64,000 bases of DNA, taken from an uncultured Pelagibacteraceae bacterium (lineage in GTDB: Bacteria > Pseudomonadota > Alphaproteobacteria > Pelagibacterales > Pelagibacteraceae). The notes under the pieces are model-generated. The model was not told where the DNA came from, made no database searches, and saw only the letters and a program-made list of their open reading frames with translations. This document shows positions 40,415-48,702 of this stretch, piece by piece; positions within the stretch are counted from its first letter, which is position 1, and every line of letters begins with the position of its first letter. The translations under genes were made by a program, and so were the position numbers. The stretch is from the NCBI GenBank assembly GCA_902603905.1, contig CACKWM010000005.1, positions 817 through 64,816 of the forward strand, in the 5' to 3' direction.

Positions 40415-40753
40415 TTAAGAACTTGATTTACCTAACAAATTAACAATTAACACTCCAGTTATAATTAAAGCAAGCCCTAAAATTGTATAAAGATCTGGTA
40501 TTTGTTTAAATTTGTAAATACCTACAATTGTTGTTGCTATAATACATAAACCTGCAAACGAGGCATAGGTTATTCCAACAGGAATTGTTTTCATAACTAG
40601 CGATAAGGTAAACATACATCCAACAATAGTTACTGCTGTGATAATACTTGGTATTAATAATGTAAAACCTTGAGCACCTTTAGCAAAACCATTTGAAGCT
40701 GTTCCTAAAACAACTGCAACTATTAAAATTATGTAAGCTGTGATATTACCCAT
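40415..40753 (-). CDS. SMR family small membrane transporter (atypical, no Glu14)
   Basis: Four TM segments, K..QGF, IPVGITYA, GL.LII.GV. Paralogue of the adjacent gene. Confidence 0.8.
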   Translation of the reverse strand: MGNITAYIILIVAVVLGTASNGFAKGAQGFTLLIPSIITAVTIVGCMFTLSLVMKTIPVGITYASFAGLCIIATTIVGIYKFKQIPDLYTILGLALIITGVLIVNLLGKSSS

Positions 40754-40759
40754 TATTTT

Positions 40760-41149
40760 TCATTTACCTACTAAACATCTCGCTGTGATTTTATTTCCAT
40801 CTAAATCACGAACATACCCATAATAATTTCCATCAGATCTTGGTCCTGGGTCTCCTTCATTAACAGCTCCATTTTCTAATGCAGTTGCATGAAATTTATC
40901 GACAGCCTCTTTTGTTTCAGCTGATAGAGCAACCATTGTACCATTGCCTACAGTAGCTGTTTCTTTATTATGAGGTTTTGTAATATAAAATTTAACTCCG
41001 TCATCTTCACTTGAATAACCGTAACCGATATATCTTTCTGTAATAGTAACTCTTTTCATTCCAAGATGAGCCAGGACAGCATCATAAAACTTGCTTGATT
41101 TTTCAAGCTCATTAGTCCCTACCATAACAAAACCAATTACTTTATTCAT
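40760..41149 (-). CDS. VOC/glyoxalase family protein
   Basis: S.KFYD.VL, GNGTMVAL, EGDPGPR, YVRDLDGNK. Confidence 0.85.
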   Translation of the reverse strand: MNKVIGFVMVGTNELEKSSKFYDAVLAHLGMKRVTITERYIGYGYSSEDDGVKFYITKPHNKETATVGNGTMVALSAETKEAVDKFHATALENGAVNEGDPGPRSDGNYYGYVRDLDGNKITARCLVGK

Positions 41150-41469
41150 TACTTAGGCAACTTTGTTGCTCCAGTTTCCATATAAGCAACTTTTCCATCT
41201 TTAAATTTGTAATAAGTCATAACAGCCTCTTTATTACCATCACTATAACTCACGTAAGCATGTTCGAATCCAACTTCATCATTTTCAAAAAGAACTCTAA
41301 CCTTTTCTTTTTTGACATCTTTCATACCTAGCCATTTTAAAATATCTTGTTTGCCCAATATATTCCCAGATGAATGCATTAAAAATTGATAATCATCATG
41401 TATCATTTGTTCACCTGCGGTTACATCTCCATCGTTTACTATTTTTGTCATTTTTTCAATTATTGACAT
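41149..41469 (-). CDS. NTF2/SnoaL-like small protein
   Basis: HDDY, LFENDEV, KDGK...ETGAT pattern typical of SnoaL-like folds. Confidence 0.65.
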   Translation of the reverse strand: MSIIEKMTKIVNDGDVTAGEQMIHDDYQFLMHSSGNILGKQDILKWLGMKDVKKEKVRVLFENDEVGFEHAYVSYSDGNKEAVMTYYKFKDGKVAYMETGATKLPK

Positions 41470-41473
41470 ATTT

Positions 41474-41761
41474 TTATGCTCCTTTTACTATTATAAAATT
41501 TCCAACAGAATTATCTAAACGTATTTGTCTTACTGGTTTATATTCTTCAGAGTTATACCATTCCAAAGCTTTTTCGTAAGAAGGGAATTTAATCACTACT
41601 GTTCTAGGATATTTCCACTCACCTTCGAAGCATTGATACTCCCCACCTCTTACTAAATATTCTCCGTCAAATTTAGTAACAATGTCAGTAACTTTTGCTA
41701 AATACTCTTTATAGTCCTCTGGATTTGTTACTTCAATTTGAGTTATGGCGTATCCTGTCAT
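41474..41761 (-). CDS. DUF1330 family protein
   Basis: YLVRGG...EG, VVI.FPS.E.A..WY.S.EY. Confidence 0.88.
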   Translation of the reverse strand: MTGYAITQIEVTNPEDYKEYLAKVTDIVTKFDGEYLVRGGEYQCFEGEWKYPRTVVIKFPSYEKALEWYNSEEYKPVRQIRLDNSVGNFIIVKGA

Positions 41762-41773
41762 TTTAATTAATCC

Positions 41774-42070
41774 TTAAAGATTAACTTTGCTCATTTCCCA
41801 CATTTGAACACTTTCGATACATTCATCGAAAATAGGTTTTGCAACTGGGTTTTGACCAGTAACAAATTGCTTCATATTTTCTTCATTATGAACTGAGACT
41901 TTAAACATAACATAACTTTTATCGGGTGCTACTGCTGGAACTGTTTTTTCAACATGAGCAATAGTTTTTCTTACTCCCATTCCTTCATCTGATTGCATAA
42001 ATCCCATGAATTTTTCAAATTTTCCTTCACCAGATTTAAATTTTGCTATTGCAAGCATTTCTTTTTCCAT
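41774..42070 (-). CDS. Hypothetical protein, possibly dimeric alpha/beta barrel
   Basis: 98-aa ORF packed within a co-oriented run. No firm motif. Confidence 0.6.
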   Translation of the reverse strand: MEKEMLAIAKFKSGEGKFEKFMGFMQSDEGMGVRKTIAHVEKTVPAVAPDKSYVMFKVSVHNEENMKQFVTGQNPVAKPIFDECIESVQMWEMSKVNL

Positions 42071-42072
42071 AA

Positions 42073-42966
42073 TTAATCCTTTCTTTTAATTGTATTAATA
42101 TATTCTTTTAAACTTTCCTTTCCAAAATATTTATGAATTTTTTTTGACAAATTCATATTTGTTAAAGCTGAAGCATATCTCTCACCAGGTCTTTTTGGTA
42201 ATAATTTAATCTTACTGCTAAACATTTTTGCAACTTGAAGTATAGAATAGCTACTTTTATGAGAAATACTGTAATGTCTACACTTATTCTTTTTCCAGGC
42301 CAAGTAACATACTTTAACCGTATCATCTATATGAGTAAATCTTCTAGTTTGATTTCCTGGTCTTACAACTGGCATAGGTTTTTTATTTTTATAACATTTT
42401 TCAAAAATTCCTATTACTGTAGCCATTGAACCTTTTGATATTTGATTAGGTCCATATACATTGTAAAAGTAGATTACTTCATATTTAAAGCTAAACCATT
42501 TTTTTAAATTTTCTAATAACTCTAAATTTTTCGCCTTAGTAAATGAATAGGGTGAAAGATTTTTATCTTTCCCTTTATTTCCTAAAGAAGCTGAAGTTGC
42601 TGAATAGATAAGTTTTATTTTATTCTTTAAACAATAGCTAAACACAGCATTAGTTCCTATAGAATTTGAATTAATACACTCGTTCATTTTTAAAAAACTT
42701 TGATAAATCCTTGCAAATTCACCAAAATGAAACAATGAATGAATTTTTTTTGGATTTTTTAAAACTGAAGAAATATTTTTTGTATCAGATTTTATGTATT
42801 TAACTCTATTGCTTTTTATATGATTTTTTTTACTTCCAGAACTATAATTATCGATTGATATAATTTTTTTGTTTGTTTTTTTTAACAATAATTTTATTAA
42901 ATTTGAACCTACAAAACCAGCGCCTCCAGTTATAACAATGTACATATTATTATTTGCTTTTATCAA
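42073..42966 (-). CDS. NAD-dependent epimerase/dehydratase (extended SDR)
   Basis: ITGGAGFVG, YSFTK (YxxxK), YNVYGP, RRFTH. True start may be ATG at 42945. Confidence 0.85.
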   Translation of the reverse strand: MIKANNNMYIVITGGAGFVGSNLIKLLLKKTNKKIISIDNYSSGSKKNHIKSNRVKYIKSDTKNISSVLKNPKKIHSLFHFGEFARIYQSFLKMNECINSNSIGTNAVFSYCLKNKIKLIYSATSASLGNKGKDKNLSPYSFTKAKNLELLENLKKWFSFKYEVIYFYNVYGPNQISKGSMATVIGIFEKCYKNKKPMPVVRPGNQTRRFTHIDDTVKVCYLAWKKNKCRHYSISHKSSYSILQVAKMFSSKIKLLPKRPGERYASALTNMNLSKKIHKYFGKESLKEYINTIKRKD

Positions 42967-43964
42967 ATCCAGTTTGGAAAAGGCAATCCTTTTTCCTGAA
43001 GAAATGATTTATTAAACAACTTACTATTGTATCTATCAGATTTGTCACAAAGAATTGTAACAATTGTATGACCAGGTCCAAGTTCTTTTCCTAATCTTAT
43101 AGCACCTGCTATATTAACTCCACAGCTTGTACCTAGGCTTAAACCTTCATTTTGAATTAAATCATATATAATTGGCAAAGACTCTTTGTCATCTATTGAA
43201 AAAGCACTATCGATTTTTGCAGTTGCAAAATTTTTAGTAATTCTGCTAGATCCGATTCCTTCAGTGATTGATCCACCTTCACTTTTTAATTCACCATTAA
43301 CAATATAATTATATAAAGCGGATCCTTTAGGATCAGATAAATAAATTTTAATATTTTTATTTTTTTCTTTTAAAGCATTACTAACACCAGCTATAGTTCC
43401 TCCAGTACCTGATGAGCAAATAAACCCATCAACCTTGCCATCAGTTTGATCCCAAATTTCAGGTCCAGTGTTTTCATAATGCCCTTTAGAATTGGCAACA
43501 TTATCGAATTGATTAGCCCAAACAACTCCATTGTTATTACTGGATCTCAATTCATCTGCTAGTCTTCCTGCAACTTTTACATAATTTCCATCATCTTTAT
43601 AGGGTTTTGGTGCCACCAATCTTAAGTCTGCACCAATATTTCTTAATGTATCTTTTTTTTCTTGTGTTTGGTTATCATTCATTACAATTATTGTTTTATA
43701 ACCTAGAGAATTTCCTAAGAGACAAAGTCCTATTCCAGTGTTTCCAGCTGTACCTTCAACAATAGTTCCACCTTTTGAAATAAGTTTTTTTTCTTCAGCA
43801 TCTTTAATTAATGCCAGTGCAGCTCGATCTTTTACAGATCCACCTGGATTTAAATATTCAGCTTTACCGTAAACATTACAGCCAGTTATCTCTGAAGCTG
43901 CTTTGAGTTTTATTAAAGGAGTGTTACCAATACCTTGAATAAAATTATTCTGTAAATTTTTCAT
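42963..43964 (-). CDS. cysK: Cysteine synthase (PLP-dependent O-acetylserine sulfhydrylase)
   Basis: IGNTPL, NPGGSVKDR PLP lysine, EGTAGNTG, GTGGT, ITEGIG. Confidence 0.9.
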   Translation of the reverse strand: MKNLQNNFIQGIGNTPLIKLKAASEITGCNVYGKAEYLNPGGSVKDRAALALIKDAEEKKLISKGGTIVEGTAGNTGIGLCLLGNSLGYKTIIVMNDNQTQEKKDTLRNIGADLRLVAPKPYKDDGNYVKVAGRLADELRSSNNNGVVWANQFDNVANSKGHYENTGPEIWDQTDGKVDGFICSSGTGGTIAGVSNALKEKNKNIKIYLSDPKGSALYNYIVNGELKSEGGSITEGIGSSRITKNFATAKIDSAFSIDDKESLPIIYDLIQNEGLSLGTSCGVNIAGAIRLGKELGPGHTIVTILCDKSDRYNSKLFNKSFLQEKGLPFPNWI

Positions 43965-43966
43965 TT

Positions 43967-44542
43967 TTATTCATCACTATTAGAAGTGATACCGTATGGT
44001 TTAAATTCTTCAGTGGCAACTCCAACATTTTTAGCAGGTATACCAACCATTACTGCATTTTCAGGAACATCTTTAGTAACAACTGCATTTGCTCCTATCT
44101 TTGCATTTTTACCAATTACAACAGGACCTAGTACTTGAGCGCCAGAACCAACCACAACATTATCTTTCAATGTTGGATGTCTTTTAACATTTCTTTGGTT
44201 GTCAGAGTCAATGCTTGGAGAAATACCACCTAATGTGACCATATGATAAATAGTTACATTATCTCCAATTTCAGAAGTTTCTCCAATAACAACTCCCATA
44301 CCATGATCAATAAATAAATTTTTTCCAATTTTTGCTTTAGGATGTATTTCTATTCCCGTTAAAAATCTTGAAAATTGAGATATCATTCTTGCAATAAGAT
44401 CAAACTTTGCTACAGAAAAAAAATTTGCAATTTGATGAAAAAAAACAGCTTTTACCCCTGGGTAAGTCAAAACTACACTTAGTTTTGATTTTGCTGCTGG
44501 GTCTCGATTAATTATTGATTTTAAAAAACTATTCATAAACAT
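43967..44542 (-). CDS. cysE: Serine O-acetyltransferase
   Basis: [39 protein letters not shown]. Confidence 0.93.
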   Translation of the reverse strand: MFMNSFLKSIINRDPAAKSKLSVVLTYPGVKAVFFHQIANFFSVAKFDLIARMISQFSRFLTGIEIHPKAKIGKNLFIDHGMGVVIGETSEIGDNVTIYHMVTLGGISPSIDSDNQRNVKRHPTLKDNVVVGSGAQVLGPVVIGKNAKIGANAVVTKDVPENAVMVGIPAKNVGVATEEFKPYGITSNSDE

Positions 44543-44571
44543 TTAAATGATTAAAATATTTAAATTATCGT

Positions 44572-44691
44572 TTAGTTGTCACAACAACAACTAGGTGACT
44601 CAGGTAAGCAAGAACATTCTTTTGTTCCATCACAACCACATTCCTTATTTATGCAATTAGCACAATCACACTTTGGGTTACTACAAGTCAT
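44572..44691 (-). CDS. Cys-rich 39-aa small ORF: metallothionein-like and/or cysteine leader peptide (not in ORF track)
   Basis: Manual translation: MTCSNPKCDCANCINKECGCDGTKECSCLPESPSCCCDN*. 11 of 39 residues are Cys, in CxC, CxxC and CCC motifs. Fills the gap between the sdo-like gene and cysE in the same orientation. Confidence 0.75.
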   Translation of the reverse strand: MTCSNPKCDCANCINKECGCDGTKECSCLPESPSCCCDN

Positions 44692-44707
44692 ATAATTTAT
44701 ATTATCA
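44692..44707 (-). promoter_or_regulatory. Putative extended -10 promoter element for a leaderless Cys-rich sORF
   Basis: Minus strand reads TG-A-TAATAT-AAATTAT-ATG, i.e. TGn-TANNNT ending 7 nt before the ATG, with no SD. The AT-rich background weakens this call. Confidence 0.35.
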
Positions 44708-44745
44708 CTAAATTTGTAAACACAACAGTAATTTTGATGCTAAAA

Positions 44746-45438
44746 CTAAAGCTGATCTAATGTAAGTCCTTTAGCATTTGCTGGAATAGCGATATCCATC
44801 ATTTTTGGATCTCCCAAATTTAAATTATTCATTATATCAGCATATTCATCAGCGGAATTTACTTGCAGGCGTGGGTTATTTTTTTTTTCATTTTCAATAG
44901 TTGAGTATTTTTTTCCACTATAATCATGAGCAGGATAAACTAAAGTTTTTTCAGGCAATTTTAATAATTTATTAAAAAGAGAATCGTAAGCATCATGGGA
45001 ATTTCCGCTTTGAAAGTCTGTCCTACCTGTTCCATTAATCAGCAAAGTGTCACCAGTAAAAACTCTGTCCTTCATTAAAAAACTGTAAGAACAATTGGTA
45101 TGACCAGGTGTGTATAATGAAATTAGTTCTATATTTTCAATTTTAATTTTTTCATTATCTTTCACTCGAATATCAATAACCTCAGAAGAAGAATGTTCAC
45201 CCATAATTTTTGAACATTTTGTCCTTTTGCTGAGTTCATTCAAACCTGAAATATGATCTGCGTGAATATGCGTATCTATTACTTTAACTAGTTTTAAATC
45301 TAAATTTTTTAAAACATTTATGTATTCGTCAGTATTTTCAATAACTGGATCAATGATTAAAGCTTCTCTGCCTTTGCCACTAGAGACAATGTAAGTGTAG
45401 GTTGAAGATTTTTTATCAAATAACTGTTTAAATATCAT
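44746..45438 (-). CDS. ETHE1-like persulfide dioxygenase (metallo-beta-lactamase fold)
   Basis: SSTYTY, IDPV, THIHADH, PGHT, FTGDTLLI.G.GRTDFQ, YPAHDY, NPRL, PAN. ATG at 45438 preferred over 45468. Confidence 0.85.
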   Translation of the reverse strand: MIFKQLFDKKSSTYTYIVSSGKGREALIIDPVIENTDEYINVLKNLDLKLVKVIDTHIHADHISGLNELSKRTKCSKIMGEHSSSEVIDIRVKDNEKIKIENIELISLYTPGHTNCSYSFLMKDRVFTGDTLLINGTGRTDFQSGNSHDAYDSLFNKLLKLPEKTLVYPAHDYSGKKYSTIENEKKNNPRLQVNSADEYADIMNNLNLGDPKMMDIAIPANAKGLTLDQL

Positions 45439-45523
45439 AGACAATTTGAACACTATAAAAAATTGCATAGCAAATCAATCTTGCTTATAATAATTTTAAA
45501 AAACTTTAAGAGAGAGGAAAAAA

Positions 45524-46186
45524 ATGACTTTAAAAATTAATAGTGTAGCTCCAGATTTTACCGCCGAAACTTCTGAGGGAAAATTATCTTTTCATGAGTG
45601 GCTAGGGGATAGCTGGGGAGTATTATTTTCACACCCTAAGGATTTTACGCCAGTTTGTACAACAGAACTTGGTTCCTTAGCGAAAATGAAACCTGAGTTT
45701 GAAAAAAGAAATGTAAAAGTGATGGGTTTAAGTGTAGATCCAGTTTCTGATCACATAAAATGGCTTGAAGATATTAAAGATGTTTGTGGTTTAAAACCAA
45801 ACTATCCAATTGTAGCAGACGAAAAACTAGAAGTTGCAAAACTTTATAACATGTTAGAAGGAGACGCTGGAACAACTTCAATGGGTCGTACAGCTGTAGA
45901 CAATGAAACGGTTAGAACTGTTTATGTTGTTAGACCAGACAAAAGAATTGGATTGTTTTTAACTTATCCTATGACCACTGGTCGTAATTTTCATGAAATA
46001 TTAAGAACAATAGATTCAATGCAGCGTACAGCAAAACACAAAATTGCTACACCAGCTGACTGGAAACCAGGCGAAGATGTAATTATTGTTCCTAAAGTTA
46101 CAAACGAGGAAGCAAAAAAAATATATCCAGATGGTTGGAAAACTTTAAAACCTTATTTGCGTAAAGTTCCAGATCCATCTAAATAG
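45524..46186 (+). CDS. 1-Cys peroxiredoxin (Prx6 family)
   Basis: FSHPKDFTPVCTTELG, YP.TTGRNF.EI.R, ATPADW. Confidence 0.92.
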   Translation: MTLKINSVAPDFTAETSEGKLSFHEWLGDSWGVLFSHPKDFTPVCTTELGSLAKMKPEFEKRNVKVMGLSVDPVSDHIKWLEDIKDVCGLKPNYPIVADEKLEVAKLYNMLEGDAGTTSMGRTAVDNETVRTVYVVRPDKRIGLFLTYPMTTGRNFHEILRTIDSMQRTAKHKIATPADWKPGEDVIIVPKVTNEEAKKIYPDGWKTLKPYLRKVPDPSK

Positions 46187-46187
46187 A

Positions 46188-46841
46188 TTGGACCAAAAAA
46201 TATTAAACCAACAATCTCAGCATTGGGAAAAAAATTTCTCAAATAAGCCTGAGATGTTTGGTTTAGAAGCAAGCTTATCAGCAAAAAAAGCTCTAAAATT
46301 ATTTCAAGAAAAAAAGATTGATAAAATAGTTGAGATTGGAGCAGGATTAGGAAGAGACACTATATTTTTTGCAAAAAATTCAATTCATACCACAGCATTA
46401 GATTATAGCTTATCAGGAATTAAAGCAATTAATCAAAAAACTAATAAAGAAAATTTATCTAATTATATTTCAACAAAGCTGTTTGATGTAAGGGAAAAGC
46501 TTCCATTTGAAGATAACTCAATAGAAGCATGTTATTCTCATATGCTTTATTGTATGGCTTTAACGACAAATGATTTAGAAAAATTAAATAATGAAATTCA
46601 AAGAATTTTAAAACCAGGTGGTATTAATGTTTATACAGTTCGACATACAAATGATGGAGACTTTAAAAAGGGGGTTCACGTAGGCGAAGATCTTTATGAA
46701 AATGATGGATTTATTGTTCATTATTTTTCAGAAGAAAAAGTTAATTCTTTGCTAAACGGATTTAAAAATATTTCTATAGAAAAGTTTGAAGAAGGTACAT
46801 TTCCAAGAAAGTTATTTTTTGTTGTGAATGAAAAAAAATAA
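46188..46841 (+). CDS. Class I SAM-dependent methyltransferase
   Basis: VEIGAGLGRD motif I, LDYS, LKPGG. TTG start 1 nt after the Prx6 stop. Confidence 0.82.
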   Translation: MDQKILNQQSQHWEKNFSNKPEMFGLEASLSAKKALKLFQEKKIDKIVEIGAGLGRDTIFFAKNSIHTTALDYSLSGIKAINQKTNKENLSNYISTKLFDVREKLPFEDNSIEACYSHMLYCMALTTNDLEKLNNEIQRILKPGGINVYTVRHTNDGDFKKGVHVGEDLYENDGFIVHYFSEEKVNSLLNGFKNISIEKFEEGTFPRKLFFVVNEKK

Positions 46842-46842
46842 T

Positions 46843-47538
46843 TTACCTTTTATATTTTTTCATACAAACTTCAGCCAGTAATAAATTTGGATCAATAAAA
46901 AGTTTTGATTCTTTTGCTTTTTTAAAAGATTTGTAAGCAAAAATAGCTATTGGTAATTCAGTACATCCTAAAACAATTTTTTTGCATTTTTTTCTTATTA
47001 AATGTTTTACAGCAGCCCTTAGAGCTATTTCAGCTTCTTTAACCTTTCCCATTTTAACTAGTTTAATTGATTTGTTAACAGAGTTTTTTTGTAATTTTTT
47101 TTCAGGACTAATTAATCTAAAATTTTTATCGAAATAATCGTTATAAACTCTTGTTTTTAATGTAGCTTCAGTACACAAAATTCCAATTGTAGAATTTTTT
47201 TTACATACTTTTTTCGTATGTAGGTAAACTTCTTTTGGCATGCTTAATAAAGGAATTTTAATTTTTTTTTGTATATCATCCTGCCAATAATGAGCAGTGT
47301 TGCAAGGCATAACAACAAACTTACATTTATTTTTTTGTAACATTTTGCAACCATCAACAAGAGCCTTTAAAACATTATTGTATTTCTTTAAATTCTCTGG
47401 TCTTTTTGGGGTGTTAGATTTGTTATAAAGCACAAACATTGGGTATTGTTGATCTAGTTTGCCACGGTTTAATTTTGCTAACTTATTACAAAAATCTAAA
47501 CCTGCTTGCGTTCCCATTCCGCCTAAAATGCCAATCAT
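46843..47538 (-). CDS. Asp/Glu racemase family (two-Cys, PLP-independent)
   Basis: IGILGGMG, PCNTAH, LGCTELP. Confidence 0.88.
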   Translation of the reverse strand: MIGILGGMGTQAGLDFCNKLAKLNRGKLDQQYPMFVLYNKSNTPKRPENLKKYNNVLKALVDGCKMLQKNKCKFVVMPCNTAHYWQDDIQKKIKIPLLSMPKEVYLHTKKVCKKNSTIGILCTEATLKTRVYNDYFDKNFRLISPEKKLQKNSVNKSIKLVKMGKVKEAEIALRAAVKHLIRKKCKKIVLGCTELPIAIFAYKSFKKAKESKLFIDPNLLLAEVCMKKYKR

Positions 47539-47546
47539 AAATACAA

Positions 47547-47900
47547 TTATTTTTCTTTGATTTGATTATTGTGTCCTCTCATAAAAGTTAGAATTAAACA
47601 ACCTTTTTTTGTATAGGATGAATGTGAAGAGTTTGGCTCGTAAGTAATGAAGTCACCTTTTTTAAAAACAACACCATCTGAATCAATCAGTTCTCCTTCT
47701 AGGATCATAAATTCTTCAAAGCCGGTATGAATATGAGGAATGGTTTTGGTTCCAGGCTCTAACTTAGAAACATAAGTCCCAAAATTTGTTTTGTCGTCAT
47801 AACTTATTTTATGCCAGAACATTCCAGGTATAGTTTTTCCATATCTGTCGAAAGGTTTAAATTTTAAACCATCAAACTTAGTTATTTTTCTTTTAGACAT
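47547..47900 (-). CDS. Cupin domain protein (ChrR-like)
   Basis: PG....HIH...EE..ILEG...D.DG...GD......S.H. Confidence 0.8.
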   Translation of the reverse strand: MSKRKITKFDGLKFKPFDRYGKTIPGMFWHKISYDDKTNFGTYVSKLEPGTKTIPHIHTGFEEFMILEGELIDSDGVVFKKGDFITYEPNSSHSSYTKKGCLILTFMRGHNNQIKEK

Positions 47901-47931
47901 AAAGATATAAAACTATAAACAAAATTAATTT

Positions 47932-48684
47932 ATGCAAGAAATATATATAGATGACATTGGAGAAGGATATCCTTTGGTTTTAGTTCATGGATATCTCGGA
48001 TCATCAGCAATGTGGAAATTTCAAAAAGATTATTTAAAAAATTATTTTAGAGTAATTGCACCAGCGTTACCGGGATTTGGAGAAAGTTATAAAGTTAAAT
48101 CTTTAAATAGCATAAATGCAATGGCAAAAATTGTTCTTAAATGTGTTCAAAAAAAAAAAATTAATAAATTTAATTTAATGGGTCACTCAATGGGAGGAAT
48201 GATTGTACAAGAAATTGTTAAAATTGCAGGTGATAATGTTAATAAATTAATTTGTTTTGCAACTGGATCTATTGGCAATGTTCCAGATAGGTTTGAGAGC
48301 TTAGATGTTTCAATCAAAAGATTGAAAGAGCAGGGGATTAAAGAGACAGTCAAAAGAATACCGCCGAAGTGGTTTGTTCATGGAAATAAAGCTAAAAATT
48401 ATTATTTATGTGAAGATGCAACAAAGGAAATATCTGAGGAAACAGCATATAATGCACTTAATGCAATGAAAAATTGGAATGGTTTAGAAAATTTGAAAAA
48501 TATTAAAAACGAAACATTAATTATTTGGGGAGATAAAGATGTTTCATATAATTTTAATCAAGTCGAAATGTTAAATAAAAATGTACCTAATAGCAAACTA
48601 GAGATTTTTAAAGGCTGTTGTCACAATGTTCACTTAGAAGAACCTGAAAACTTTAATAAAACTATAAAAAATTTTTTAGAATAA
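47932..48684 (+). CDS. Alpha/beta hydrolase
   Basis: VHGYLG, LPGFG, GHSMGG nucleophile elbow, WGDKD, HNVHLE. Confidence 0.88.
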   Translation: MQEIYIDDIGEGYPLVLVHGYLGSSAMWKFQKDYLKNYFRVIAPALPGFGESYKVKSLNSINAMAKIVLKCVQKKKINKFNLMGHSMGGMIVQEIVKIAGDNVNKLICFATGSIGNVPDRFESLDVSIKRLKEQGIKETVKRIPPKWFVHGNKAKNYYLCEDATKEISEETAYNALNAMKNWNGLENLKNIKNETLIIWGDKDVSYNFNQVEMLNKNVPNSKLEIFKGCCHNVHLEEPENFNKTIKNFLE

Positions 48685-48702
48685 AATCTTAATATTTAAA
48701 AC

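Noticed and set aside
47547-47900. Cupin as DMSP lyase DddK/DddW
   Set aside because: Motif spacing looks ChrR-like and I do not recognise DddK-specific features. Cannot be supported without a search.
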